From: Nitrospirota bacterium
GTDB lineage: Bacteria > Nitrospirota > Thermodesulfovibrionia > Thermodesulfovibrionales > Dissulfurispiraceae
Assembly (NCBI GenBank): GCA_963790025.1
Contig: CAWBMP010000004.1
Coordinates: forward strand, 640,001 to 704,000
DNA: 64,000 nucleotides
Direction: 5' to 3'
The position numbers were made by a program, and so were the translations under genes. Below the pieces are notes generated by a model, which was given only the letters and a program-made list of their open reading frames with translations, searched no databases and was not told the origin of the DNA. This document shows, one piece after another, positions 9,650-18,678 of this stretch; the first letter of the stretch is position 1; each line of letters starts with the position of its first letter.

Positions 9650-10528
9650 ATGCTCAACAATGCCACTTTAAAAATCGCAGTGAGCGGAGCCACAGGTTTC
9701 ATCGGTAAGAATCTGACCTCTTCCCTGGAAAAAGATGGGCACAAGGTAACGCCGCTTCCATCGGAAACATTCAATCTTCCGGAAGCCGACTTCATTGGCC
9801 TTATAAAAGACCATGATGCAATTATCAATCTTGCCGGAGCGCCGGTTCTCTCACGTTGGACCGATGATTACAAGAAAAAACTCTTTTCGAGCCGTATCGG
9901 TTCAACACGAAAAATTGTCGGTGCAATTGCGGCGCTTACTGAACGACCGACTACGTTTATCTCTACCTCTGCAATCGGCATCTATACGTCCACGGGTGTC
10001 CATACGGAAGACAATAACGTTCTTGCACGTAACTTCCTGGGCGATCTTGCAATGCATTGGGAAGGCGAAGCATTAAAAGCAAGGCCTCTCGGCGTAAGAA
10101 CTGTAATATTCAGGCTCGGCGTAGTGCTCGGCAAGAATGGCGGCGCGCTGAAGGTCATGCTCGCGCCTTTCAAAATGGGCTTGGGCGGTACTATCGGGAG
10201 CGGCGCTCAGGCATTCTCCTGGGTGCATATGGAAGACCTGAAAAGAGCTTATTCCCTTGCACTTATGGAACCATCGTTCGAAGGTATTTTCAACCTCACA
10301 ACTCCAAATCCGGCTACGAACAGGGAACTTACAAAGGCTGTTGCCGATGCTCTTGGTGTAAGCGCTGTCCTGACGGTCCCCTCTTTTGCACTTAAGTTTA
10401 AATATGGGGAAGGCGCAAGTGTTTTAACTGAAGGCCAAAATGTTCTGCCAAAGCGCTTGCTCGAGTATGGTTTTACCTTCATGTTCAGCGATATCCAAAA
10501 CGCCGTAAAAGACTGTCTTGAAGTGTGA
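9650..10528 (+). CDS. TIGR01777-like NAD-dependent epimerase family protein
   Basis: SGATGFIG, INLAGA, GLGGTIGSG, SWVHMED, GQNVLPKRL. Confidence 0.9.
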   Translation: MLNNATLKIAVSGATGFIGKNLTSSLEKDGHKVTPLPSETFNLPEADFIGLIKDHDAIINLAGAPVLSRWTDDYKKKLFSSRIGSTRKIVGAIAALTERPTTFISTSAIGIYTSTGVHTEDNNVLARNFLGDLAMHWEGEALKARPLGVRTVIFRLGVVLGKNGGALKVMLAPFKMGLGGTIGSGAQAFSWVHMEDLKRAYSLALMEPSFEGIFNLTTPNPATNRELTKAVADALGVSAVLTVPSFALKFKYGEGASVLTEGQNVLPKRLLEYGFTFMFSDIQNAVKDCLEV

Positions 10529-10554
10529 CATACTCTTCTTAGCAGGATACTGCA

Positions 10555-10745
10555 ATATTCTTAAAGATGCCGGTCTGATCAAGGATAGAAAACAGGGCAA
10601 ATGGATCGACTGCAGCCTGCATGACTCGGATATGTTCAGGAGATTCTTAATCCTTTCTGTCCTGGAAAAAATCTCTGCCGGATCAGTGGCTATATCACTG
10701 GTTCTGGTGATTGCTTATAAGCTGCACGAAATGGGGGTCTTATGA
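10555..10745 (+). pseudogene. Chimeric remnant: 3' part of arsR fused in frame to the last ~22 codons of hgcA
   Basis: ILKDAGLIKDRKQGKWI...MFRRFLILSVLEKIS matches ArsR 26340..26681; GSVAISLVLVIAYKLHEMGVL* matches the HgcA end GSVIVSLLLVLVYKLNEWGIV*. Confidence 0.85.
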
Positions 10746-10837
10746 AATATTTGTCAAATGTTGCAAGCCTGGTATTTGTGGAAGAGAAATGTACCGGTTG
10801 CGGCGATAAAGATACGACCGGCGGCGGATGTTGTTGA
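10742..10837 (+). pseudogene. hgcB: Internally deleted hgcB (31 codons)
   Basis: MKYLSNVASLVFVEEKCTGCG joined to DKDTTGGGCC*, versus intact MKYLSNVVSLVFSAEKCTGCG...CGCGDSENGGCC*; same ATGA overlap with the hgcA stop. Confidence 0.85.
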
Positions 10838-10887
10838 TTCATTCTCAACTCATTTACAATTTCTCGCCTCTGCCTTATACTATTTTT

Positions 10888-11208
10888 ATGAAGCTGATGA
10901 GAATGCTTCTTATTCTCTTGTCTTTTTCACTCATTCTGCAAAATACCTGCCCCTATGGATTTGCAGCCAAGACAGCGTTTGCGGCTCCGCGCACAAACCA
11001 GTGTCCCTTCCATCATCACTCCACAAACGGACAAGGAACCGTTGATAATAATGCAAACAAAGTTATCTTTCCAGCTTTTGTGATGGTTGTCCCGTCTGTG
11101 CAACCATGCATTCAGCGTTTTCCTGTAAGCGGCGATTACTCTTTTTCTTCTTCCTACAGATATACTGATCCTTTCAAAGAGCCCCTGATAAAACCGCCTG
11201 CAACCTAA
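10888..11208 (+). CDS. Small exported Cys/His-containing protein with Pro-rich C-terminus
   Basis: Signal-like N-terminus, CPY, CPFHHH, ends EPLIKPPAT; TTTACA-17-TATACT ends 6 nt before the ATG. Confidence 0.6.
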   Translation: MKLMRMLLILLSFSLILQNTCPYGFAAKTAFAAPRTNQCPFHHHSTNGQGTVDNNANKVIFPAFVMVVPSVQPCIQRFPVSGDYSFSSSYRYTDPFKEPLIKPPAT

Positions 11209-11300
11209 AAATCTCTGCCATTAATCTCGTGATATAAGAATGCCCTGTGCGCGCATGGGGCGTGCACTATTGCTTAGACAGAAAATTCAGGAGGTTGCAA

Positions 11301-12470
11301 ATGAACAGAAAGACCGTTCTGAGTGGTGCCATTGTGCTCTACTTTATAATTGGTTTTGAGATATTGATAATGATAAGCCCTTTTGCCGGGCTATTCTATT
11401 CCGTATTCACGCCTTTCTTGCTTGAGGTAGCCAAGTACCCTGCCACTCGATGGTTGAGCGCCTTTTATCTGCCCCACATGGTAGTCCCACCGGATGCCTT
11501 TTTGAAGTTTATTCGTGTTATGGGGTCAGTTTTTTTTGTGTCGGGCATCGCAATGTTTTTTATTTGTGCGTTTCAGGTCTATACGAATAAGTTCCTTAAG
11601 AGGGGTACTGCCTTAAAAGGCATATACTCGATCATTCGGCATCCTCAATACGTTGGGCTTGTTAGCGCCGGCATAGGGCTTTCCATCCTGTGGCCGAGAT
11701 TCCTTACGGTAGTCCTATGGCTTGTAATGATCCTACTCTATTATTTCCTCTCCAAAGACGAGGAACGGAGAATGATGAACCAATATCCGGAAACATACAG
11801 TGCATATATGGAGAAAACCGGAATGTTCCTGCCGAAGAAAATTGAAAGCCGAGTAGCTCCTTCAGGCGTTTCGGGGAAAATAGCAATGTTTGTTCTCATT
11901 GCCACATTTACAATCGGTAGCGTTTTTTTTCTGCGATACTACACAATAAGACACCTTCCCCTTTGGACAAGTCCAAACGTCGTTGCCTTCGCGCTAATGC
12001 CGGATGATACTCAAAAGATGGAACGCAAAATGAATGACGTCCTGTCAATGCCTGATGTAAAGACAAGATTGAAAGCTGATGAAAAGTATCTTGTCTATTT
12101 TATCCCAACTGATTACATAATGCAGGGACTTATCGCTGATACTGGAGTTGAGTGGAGACTTTATAGAAGGCACTTCACTATAAGCAGATTTCTCGATTGG
12201 GTATTTCATCCTTTCAGTCACCTGGCAGGCGGACATCATGCCGGGCATGAACATACCGTTATGGATATAAACAGCGGGATGGTGAGGAGACTGATTTTTC
12301 TGAACATCCCGGATAGCTCAATCAGCACTCCATATGATTTCTTTTCAATAAATGCGCGGAGGACACCTCAGTTTATGGCTGATATAGATATCCACAATCT
12401 GAAGATTCTCTATTTAAAAGATTTGTCGCAGGACACCGGGTGGGGCAAGCTGCCAGTTCCGACGTTTTAG
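11301..12470 (+). CDS. Isoprenylcysteine carboxylmethyltransferase/PEMT-family membrane protein with C-terminal extension
   Basis: GIYSIIRHPQY and EERRM...YSAYMEKTGMFLP motifs; GGAGG SD before ATG 11301. Confidence 0.8.
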   Translation: MNRKTVLSGAIVLYFIIGFEILIMISPFAGLFYSVFTPFLLEVAKYPATRWLSAFYLPHMVVPPDAFLKFIRVMGSVFFVSGIAMFFICAFQVYTNKFLKRGTALKGIYSIIRHPQYVGLVSAGIGLSILWPRFLTVVLWLVMILLYYFLSKDEERRMMNQYPETYSAYMEKTGMFLPKKIESRVAPSGVSGKIAMFVLIATFTIGSVFFLRYYTIRHLPLWTSPNVVAFALMPDDTQKMERKMNDVLSMPDVKTRLKADEKYLVYFIPTDYIMQGLIADTGVEWRLYRRHFTISRFLDWVFHPFSHLAGGHHAGHEHTVMDINSGMVRRLIFLNIPDSSISTPYDFFSINARRTPQFMADIDIHNLKILYLKDLSQDTGWGKLPVPTF

Positions 12471-12515
12471 GTTTTCTATGGGAAGAACTTTAATTACTGG
12501 GTAGAGGATTGTCGA

Positions 12516-12647
12516 TTTTTTTTATTTCCAAAGCTGGGATTAACAGCTTTTGGCGGTTCGGCAATGGCTGCCAACATAAAGGGAATAGGGGTAAATCGTC
12601 ACAGGCAGCTCGATGAAGAGACATTTAAAGACGGTTCTGTTTTATAA
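12516..12647 (+). pseudogene. N-terminal fragment of a chromate transporter gene
   Basis: FPKLGLTAFGGSAMAANIKGIGVNRHRQLDEETFKDGSVL* aligns by eye to ChrA FLKLGLTAFGGPAMVAYIKEMAVMRHKWLDGEKFKDGVAL. Confidence 0.8.
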
Positions 12648-12690
12648 ACATAATTTATTTAAAATCGAACTTTAAAAGGAGACTAAGAAT

Positions 12691-13542
12691 ATGGAAGACA
12701 AAAGGATATTTGAGGAAGGTTTTTCAAGAAGAGGGCTTATCAAAACAATTGGAACTGGCGGTCTGGCTGTCGCAGCTTTTGGCGGTCTGGGTCTCTTTAC
12801 GCAGGCAGAGGCAAAAGGCAAATCGCAGAAGGTTCCATGGCTATATAAGACATTGAGCGAGGCGGAGATCAAGCAGGCGGGTGAGCGCGCCTATAATAAC
12901 TGGTTCAAGGGGTTTTGCGCGTATGCGGCCTTGAGCGGCATAGTCGAGACACTTGCCGATAAAGTCGGAGGACCCTACAAGACGTTCCCCATGCAAACCG
13001 TTATGTTCGCTCACGGCGGAACAGCGGGCTGGGGCTGCACATGCGGAACCTTGATCGGGGCGGGAGTCGGAGCATCCCTTATCGTTCCTTTCAGGGAGGT
13101 AGAGGAATTAGTAAACGAGGTTATGTACTACTACGCCGAAACAGCGCTTCCGACTTTTGTTCCTGCAAAACCGGTAGCATACAAGGAGCCCCTTAAGGCA
13201 ACAAGCACGGCCAATTCCTGCCTCTGCCACGTCTCCGTGGGCAAATGGATGAAGGCTGAGGGGATAGCGGAAGGAACAGGTCCGGAAAGTGTAGGATTCC
13301 TGAGCCTGCAGCAGATGGACAGATGCGCCAGGATGGCGGCAAACATGTCGATGAAAACACTTGAACTTATAAACCTATGGAAGGAAGGCAAGTTCGAGGC
13401 CAAGAACGAAGCCCCTTCTTCCGCCAACCATATACCCTCCAATAATAACTGTACCGATTGCCACCACGATACTGTCCCGACACCGGGACCGTTCGGCACA
13501 GGAGTGGGAATACTCAAAGGAAAGTATGGTATCGGACTCTGA
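12691..13542 (+). CDS. Tat-exported C_GCAxxG_C_C family protein, split-Soret cytochrome c-like
   Basis: SRRGLIK Tat motif, FCAYAA, GGTAGWGCTCGTL, CLCH, DRCA, C-terminal CTDCH. Confidence 0.75.
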   Translation: MEDKRIFEEGFSRRGLIKTIGTGGLAVAAFGGLGLFTQAEAKGKSQKVPWLYKTLSEAEIKQAGERAYNNWFKGFCAYAALSGIVETLADKVGGPYKTFPMQTVMFAHGGTAGWGCTCGTLIGAGVGASLIVPFREVEELVNEVMYYYAETALPTFVPAKPVAYKEPLKATSTANSCLCHVSVGKWMKAEGIAEGTGPESVGFLSLQQMDRCARMAANMSMKTLELINLWKEGKFEAKNEAPSSANHIPSNNNCTDCHHDTVPTPGPFGTGVGILKGKYGIGL

Positions 13543-13594
13543 AATAAAAAGTGAAAAAAAGATAAAAGTTAAATAATGTTAGAGGTTTCATGAG

Positions 13595-13631
13595 GGAGTT
13601 TTCGGCATTCTGCAAGATTGTCGAGAACTCT
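13595..13631. terminator. Hairpin between convergent genes
   Basis: GAGTTTTCGGCA...TGTCGAGAACTC. Confidence 0.5.
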
Positions 13632-13716
13632 CAAAATCCCCCGCTTAATTATATTTAGAGACACAGCGGGGACATATTGATAAAGAAGATCTATCCGTAA
13701 TATATCATCCGGTACA

Positions 13717-14895
13717 CTAAAATATAATAACTGAGATAAGGGCTGCTACAAGCACAACGTAGAGAATATCGACTTTTCTCACAAGTGCGGCAAGGGATCC
13801 ACATGCTAATAATATCCGGAGAATATCCCATGGAACAGCCATAGCGAACTGTATGGTCACGAAGAAAAGAAGCCCTACAAAGGAAGCGAGTATACCCTTT
13901 GTTGCCCTGAGAAAGTAAGCGGAATTCTTCAGCTTGTCCATTACGGGTGTAAAGGAGATCACCATAAGAAAAGATGGGGTAAATATGGCAACAGTGGCGA
14001 CAACAGCGCCTGCTATTCCATGAATTAAGTAGCCAACAAAGGTTGATGTGATAACTATGGGGCCTGGCGTGACCTGTCCGAGAGCTATCCCATCCATGAA
14101 GGTCTTGCTGTCCATCCATCGCCTTGCATCAACCACCTCATGAAGCATCAGTGGTACGGAAGCAAAGCCGCCGCCAAAGGCGAAGAGATCAATCCTCATC
14201 ATCAACACGGCGAGACTAAAGATTTTTGTATCTATGAGATAAATCATGAGAAGCCCTAGAAGCAAAATCAAGAGAAGCACAGAGAGTTGTTTTCCACTAT
14301 GCCTGTCTGTTTCCCTTTCACCGGATGATGCAGGAATAATGCCCTTGCCACTCAGAAATACAATGCCAGCTAAGGCGGCCCCCAAAATGACAATAAAGGG
14401 GCTTACTCCGGCCCACAGAACGACGGCGGCCGCTAAGGTAAGAAGGATGTCTTTGAAATTCTTAAACGTGCTTTTGCCGAAGGAATATGTCGCATTTGCA
14501 ACGATGGCAACCACGACAACCTGTAGGCCTTTAAACAGTGAGACAATCATGGAAACTGCATGATACCTGGCATAGAGCGAGGAAAGTATCAGCATCAAAA
14601 TAAATGCAGGCAGACCGAAGCCGACAAACGATGCCAATGCGCCTACGATACCCCTTGCCCTAAGACCCACATATGCAGCGGTCTGCATTGCGGTGGCTCC
14701 CGGTATTGTTTGGCAGAGTGCGACCCCATCCTTAAATTTTTCTCCGTCAAGCCACTTGTGACGCATTACAGCCATTTCTTTTATGTACGCAACCATTGCA
14801 GGACCGCCGAAGGCGGTCAGCCCGAGCTTTAAGAAGGAAAAGAATAGTTTCAATGGTGTAGGGCGCGTATTAATAAGTCCTCTATTTTTCTTCAA
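13717..14895 (-). CDS. chrA: Long-chain chromate efflux transporter
   Basis: Two repeats: AFGGP...QTIPG and AFGGG...QVTPGP. Confidence 0.9.
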   Translation of the reverse strand: MKKNRGLINTRPTPLKLFFSFLKLGLTAFGGPAMVAYIKEMAVMRHKWLDGEKFKDGVALCQTIPGATAMQTAAYVGLRARGIVGALASFVGFGLPAFILMLILSSLYARYHAVSMIVSLFKGLQVVVVAIVANATYSFGKSTFKNFKDILLTLAAAVVLWAGVSPFIVILGAALAGIVFLSGKGIIPASSGERETDRHSGKQLSVLLLILLLGLLMIYLIDTKIFSLAVLMMRIDLFAFGGGFASVPLMLHEVVDARRWMDSKTFMDGIALGQVTPGPIVITSTFVGYLIHGIAGAVVATVAIFTPSFLMVISFTPVMDKLKNSAYFLRATKGILASFVGLLFFVTIQFAMAVPWDILRILLACGSLAALVRKVDILYVVLVAALISVIIF

Positions 14896-15538
14896 CGATC
14901 CTCCCGTTTTGCATAATCAGATTCTTGTCCGCCAGTCTTCCAGCTTGTTTTTTATCATGTGTGGTGATCACAACAGTTGTATTATGTTCTTTTTTCAGCT
15001 TCATGACTATGTTTTCTATAATATCCGTATTGGCCTGATCTACAGATGCAGTTGGCTCATCAAGAAAAAGAATTTCAGGTTTTATGACCAGCGCCCTTGC
15101 TATGTTAAGGCGCTGTGTTTCACCGCTTGAAAGGGTCAAGGCGTTTTGATCACTTTTATAGCCCAGACCGACAAACTCAAGGGCCTCCCGAACCTTTACC
15201 CTCGCCTGCGCACCTTTAATTCCTCTGATTGTCAAACCATAGGTGATATTTCGAAATACCGTAGTGTTGAAAACACCGGAACGGGAAAAGACCATGGTGA
15301 TCTTGCGCCTCAATGACAAGTCCTTAACTGCCGTGCTGTCTTGAGAGAAGAATAAGATATCACCGCTGTCAGGCGGCTCTATTAGAGCACAGATTCTCAG
15401 AAATGTAGATTTGCCGCAGCCGTTCGGTCCTGTTAAGACATAAATGCCGCTCCCGTCAAAAGAGAATGAGCATTCTTTCAGCACACAGCTTCCGTTATAG
15501 CTCTTCCCGATATTTAATGCTGCAAATGTAAGGCTCAC
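14882..15538 (-). CDS. tupC: Tungstate ABC transporter ATPase
   Basis: GPNGCGKS, LSSGE, LDEPT; operon context. Confidence 0.8.
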   Translation of the reverse strand: MSLTFAALNIGKSYNGSCVLKECSFSFDGSGIYVLTGPNGCGKSTFLRICALIEPPDSGDILFFSQDSTAVKDLSLRRKITMVFSRSGVFNTTVFRNITYGLTIRGIKGAQARVKVREALEFVGLGYKSDQNALTLSSGETQRLNIARALVIKPEILFLDEPTASVDQANTDIIENIVMKLKKEHNTTVVITTHDKKQAGRLADKNLIMQNGRIVEEK

Positions 15539-16242
15539 CTTTTTGCCCCACTGATGCCCCTCTTCTGAATAAAATACAGGGCTGAATTTATTGCAAGAGA
15601 AATTGACAAGAGTATTATGCCGAGCGCAAGTGCAAGCTCGAAATTCCCTTTGTCCGTTTCCATTGCTATGGTCGTCGTCATCACTCTGGTAAAGCTTGCG
15701 ATATTGCCGCCGACAATTAGTATTGCTCCGACTTCGGCCATAACCCTACCAAAAGCTGCCATTATCGCCGACATTATTCCGTAGCGGGCCTCTCTTATTA
15801 CAGTCATCGAAACCTGGAAACGGGTCGCGCCGAGCGTCATCGCAGTTTGCTTAATGATGGGATCAACACTCACAATAGCCGAATGACTTAGAGATGAGAC
15901 AATAGGGAAGGAAAGGACGCTCTGGGCAATAATCATGGCGGAAGGGGTATAGAGCAGAGACATAAAACCCAGAGGGCCGTTCCTCGATAATAAAAGGTAT
16001 ATGAACAGTCCAACAACAACCGGAGGCAGTCCCATAAAGGTGTTTAAAATGCTTATGCTCAAACCCCTTAACGGGAATTTTCTGAATGCAAGAAGAGCGC
16101 TAAGTGGAAGGCCGATAAAGGTAGCGCAAAGAAGCGCGGAACCGGATACCCTGATAGACAGAAATATGATTCCGAGAAGTTCTTTATCGAGATTCAGAAT
16201 GAGAAAAAGCGCTCTTGTAAAACTCTCCAATATTGAACTCAT
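15535..16242 (-). CDS. tupB: Tungstate ABC transporter permease
   Basis: MGLPPVVVGL, FGRVMAEVGA, GGNI...TRVMTT. Confidence 0.88.
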   Translation of the reverse strand: MSSILESFTRALFLILNLDKELLGIIFLSIRVSGSALLCATFIGLPLSALLAFRKFPLRGLSISILNTFMGLPPVVVGLFIYLLLSRNGPLGFMSLLYTPSAMIIAQSVLSFPIVSSLSHSAIVSVDPIIKQTAMTLGATRFQVSMTVIREARYGIMSAIMAAFGRVMAEVGAILIVGGNIASFTRVMTTTIAMETDKGNFELALALGIILLSISLAINSALYFIQKRGISGAKR

Positions 16243-16266
16243 AAACTATATCCTGTCCTAATTCAT

Positions 16267-17088
16267 TTATTTTGCATTAGGTATGAAAAGTTGATTCCCG
16301 TTTTTATCTTTGAACGATGCAATGGCCTGTTGTCCTTCTTTTGATATCAGCCAGTTTACAAACTCCATTGCCTCCTTATATTTCACGTGCTTAAATTTTT
16401 GAGGATTTACCGCCATAACTCCATACTGATTAAATAGTGAAGGGTCACCTTCGAGGACGCTTATCATTGCAAGCTTATCTTTATCCTTTGTGGCCAGCCA
16501 AGTCCCCCTGTCTGTCAGTGTATAAGCACGTTTTTCGTTTGCTATTCTCTGGGCCTTTTCCATCCCTTGTCCAACCTCGATATACCATTTCTGACATTTG
16601 GGCTCGATGCCAGTCTTTTTCCATATTGATAATTCCTTCGTATTTGTGCCTGAATTATCTCCTCTTGAAACGAACAGAGAAGAACCGGCTATTTTCTTAA
16701 ATGCATCCGTGACAGACTTCATGCCCTTTATTTTTCCAGGGTCGTTATCAGGTCCTATAACAATAAAGTCGTTATACATCACATCATGGCGATTCACAAA
16801 AAAACCCTCTTCAACAGCCTTTAGCTCCTGCTCCTTCGCATGGACAAAGGCCACGTCAGCATCTCCTCTTTTGCCCATTTCTATAGCCGCGCCTGTTCCG
16901 CGTGCGACAACCTTCACCTTAATGCCTGTTTTCTTCTCGAACATCGGTAGTATGTAAGCAAATAAGCCGGAATTCTCTGTGCTTGTCGTTGAAGAACAGA
17001 TTATCTCTGTGGAAGCAGAAACATATATCGGGCTGCAGATAATTGCACATAATACTATAAACAAACAAAGATTTACTTTCTTGAACAT
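16267..17088 (-). CDS. tupA: Tungstate ABC transporter substrate-binding protein
   Basis: TTSTENSGL, GTGAA, MYNDF, SRGDNSGT. Confidence 0.9.
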   Translation of the reverse strand: MFKKVNLCLFIVLCAIICSPIYVSASTEIICSSTTSTENSGLFAYILPMFEKKTGIKVKVVARGTGAAIEMGKRGDADVAFVHAKEQELKAVEEGFFVNRHDVMYNDFIVIGPDNDPGKIKGMKSVTDAFKKIAGSSLFVSRGDNSGTNTKELSIWKKTGIEPKCQKWYIEVGQGMEKAQRIANEKRAYTLTDRGTWLATKDKDKLAMISVLEGDPSLFNQYGVMAVNPQKFKHVKYKEAMEFVNWLISKEGQQAIASFKDKNGNQLFIPNAK

Positions 17089-17104
17089 ATCTCATCCTCC
17101 AAAG

Positions 17105-17473
17105 TTATTTTGCCTTGACAACAAGAACTGCCGTTTCAGAATGGCCGATCACCCTTTCTGTCACGCTCCCCATGCGCAGCCTTTGGATGCCCGTCCTGCC
17201 ATGACTACCGACAATAATCAGATCCTGCATGCTTTTCTCTTCCTTCATGGATGCAAAATGTTTCGCCGCCTCCTCTTCCTCTTGCTCGATGACCTGAGGC
17301 ATGGTCATTTCGAACTCGAGGTTCATCTTGATAACTGATACTGCAATGAGCATACTCGAACACCGCCTGGAGATACTCAAGGCTTCCCTTATCGCTCCAT
17401 CGCTCAACTTCGAGCCGTCTGTTGCCAAAAGAAGCTTTCCCGATTTATCAAACAGACAAATCTGGCTGTTCAT
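17105..17473 (-). CDS. Universal stress protein, apparently internally shortened
   Basis: LLATDGS and [12 protein letters not shown]...GSVTERVI; central segment shorter than in the neighbouring USP. Confidence 0.7.
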   Translation of the reverse strand: MNSQICLFDKSGKLLLATDGSKLSDGAIREALSISRRCSSMLIAVSVIKMNLEFEMTMPQVIEQEEEEAAKHFASMKEEKSMQDLIIVGSHGRTGIQRLRMGSVTERVIGHSETAVLVVKAK

Positions 17474-17544
17474 AGTATCCTCCCTCTGTTCTTAGATTCG
17501 GTTTATTACGTAGAACGAATGAAGGAACCTCAACACGAAGTGTA

Positions 17545-18060
17545 TCATAATAACAATGCCCCGATAATCCCCGCTCCGATTATCACAAAAGAAGGCTCTG
17601 TTTTTGTGAAGGCAATCACGGCAAAGCTGATTATTCCGATTCCGAAAGTAAGCGGGTCTACAAGCGCTGTTTTCCCCAGCGAAAGAGCCACTGCAGCCAA
17701 TAGTCCTATGACAGCAGGTTTTATTCCTTTGAAACCAGACTGGACAATTATCGATTGTTTATAGTCGTAATAGTACTTGGCGACAATCGTTACGATGATG
17801 ATGCAAGGCAAATATGAACTGACCATCGCCAATACGGCACCGACCAGTCCGCCGATTTTGTATCCTATAACCGCATTCATAACAGTCAGGGGACCGGGGG
17901 TTAACTGCCCGATTGCTATAGCATCCAGGAATTCTTGTTTGGTCAACCAATGATATTTTCTCACGAACTCTGCCTGAAGCATAGGCAGCATCACAAAGCC
18001 GCCCCCTATGGTCAGCGCATTAATGACGATCAGTGTCCAGCAAAGTTTTAGTAAAATCAT
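17545..18060 (-). CDS. Short-chain chromate transporter subunit
   Basis: TIGGG, GQLTPGP. Confidence 0.88.
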   Translation of the reverse strand: MILLKLCWTLIVINALTIGGGFVMLPMLQAEFVRKYHWLTKQEFLDAIAIGQLTPGPLTVMNAVIGYKIGGLVGAVLAMVSSYLPCIIIVTIVAKYYYDYKQSIIVQSGFKGIKPAVIGLLAAVALSLGKTALVDPLTFGIGIISFAVIAFTKTEPSFVIIGAGIIGALLL

Positions 18061-18602
18061 CGTGCCCCCCTTCGATATACGATAAGGCCGATAATTCCTG
18101 ATGCCAGGATAAGGCCGATGGGATTCATCCTGAATATTGCTAGTGCGAAAAAAGCGGTAACAGCAAATAACCCTGACTTGTAATCCTTTATGGTGGTCTT
18201 TGCCATCTTGAAAATGATGGAAAGAAGCAAACCTACAACCGCAGCTCCCACTCCTTTCATGGCCGAAGTCAACGTAACATTGCCCTTGCTTTTTATGTAG
18301 AAGATCGCGAGAAGTACAGCAAGAACAGTCCCCGTAAATGACTGTCCGACGGTTGTGGCGAGAGCGCCTTTTATCCGTCTCAACTTGTACCCTATACAGA
18401 TACCGGTATTTACTATGGGCGGACCCGGCGTCATCTGTCCTATTGCGACACTCTCGACAAACTCTTCATGGGTAAGCCATTTTCCCTTATCCACAAGTTC
18501 CCTTTCAAAAAAAGCGAGCATCGAATAAACGCCACCAAAAGAGAAGGAACCTATTTTGAGGAACTTCCAGAAAATAGCTTTTACGGTTATCTTATCTTCC
18601 AT
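18057..18602 (-). CDS. Short-chain chromate transporter subunit
   Basis: SFGG, GQMTPGP; GGAGG SD before ATG 18602. Confidence 0.88.
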   Translation of the reverse strand: MEDKITVKAIFWKFLKIGSFSFGGVYSMLAFFERELVDKGKWLTHEEFVESVAIGQMTPGPPIVNTGICIGYKLRRIKGALATTVGQSFTGTVLAVLLAIFYIKSKGNVTLTSAMKGVGAAVVGLLLSIIFKMAKTTIKDYKSGLFAVTAFFALAIFRMNPIGLILASGIIGLIVYRRGAR

Positions 18603-18678
18603 TCTTGCCTCCAAAACTGTATTTTCTCTTTTCCAGAACCTGAACCATAATATCCGTTGTCCTTTGAATGAATAAAAA

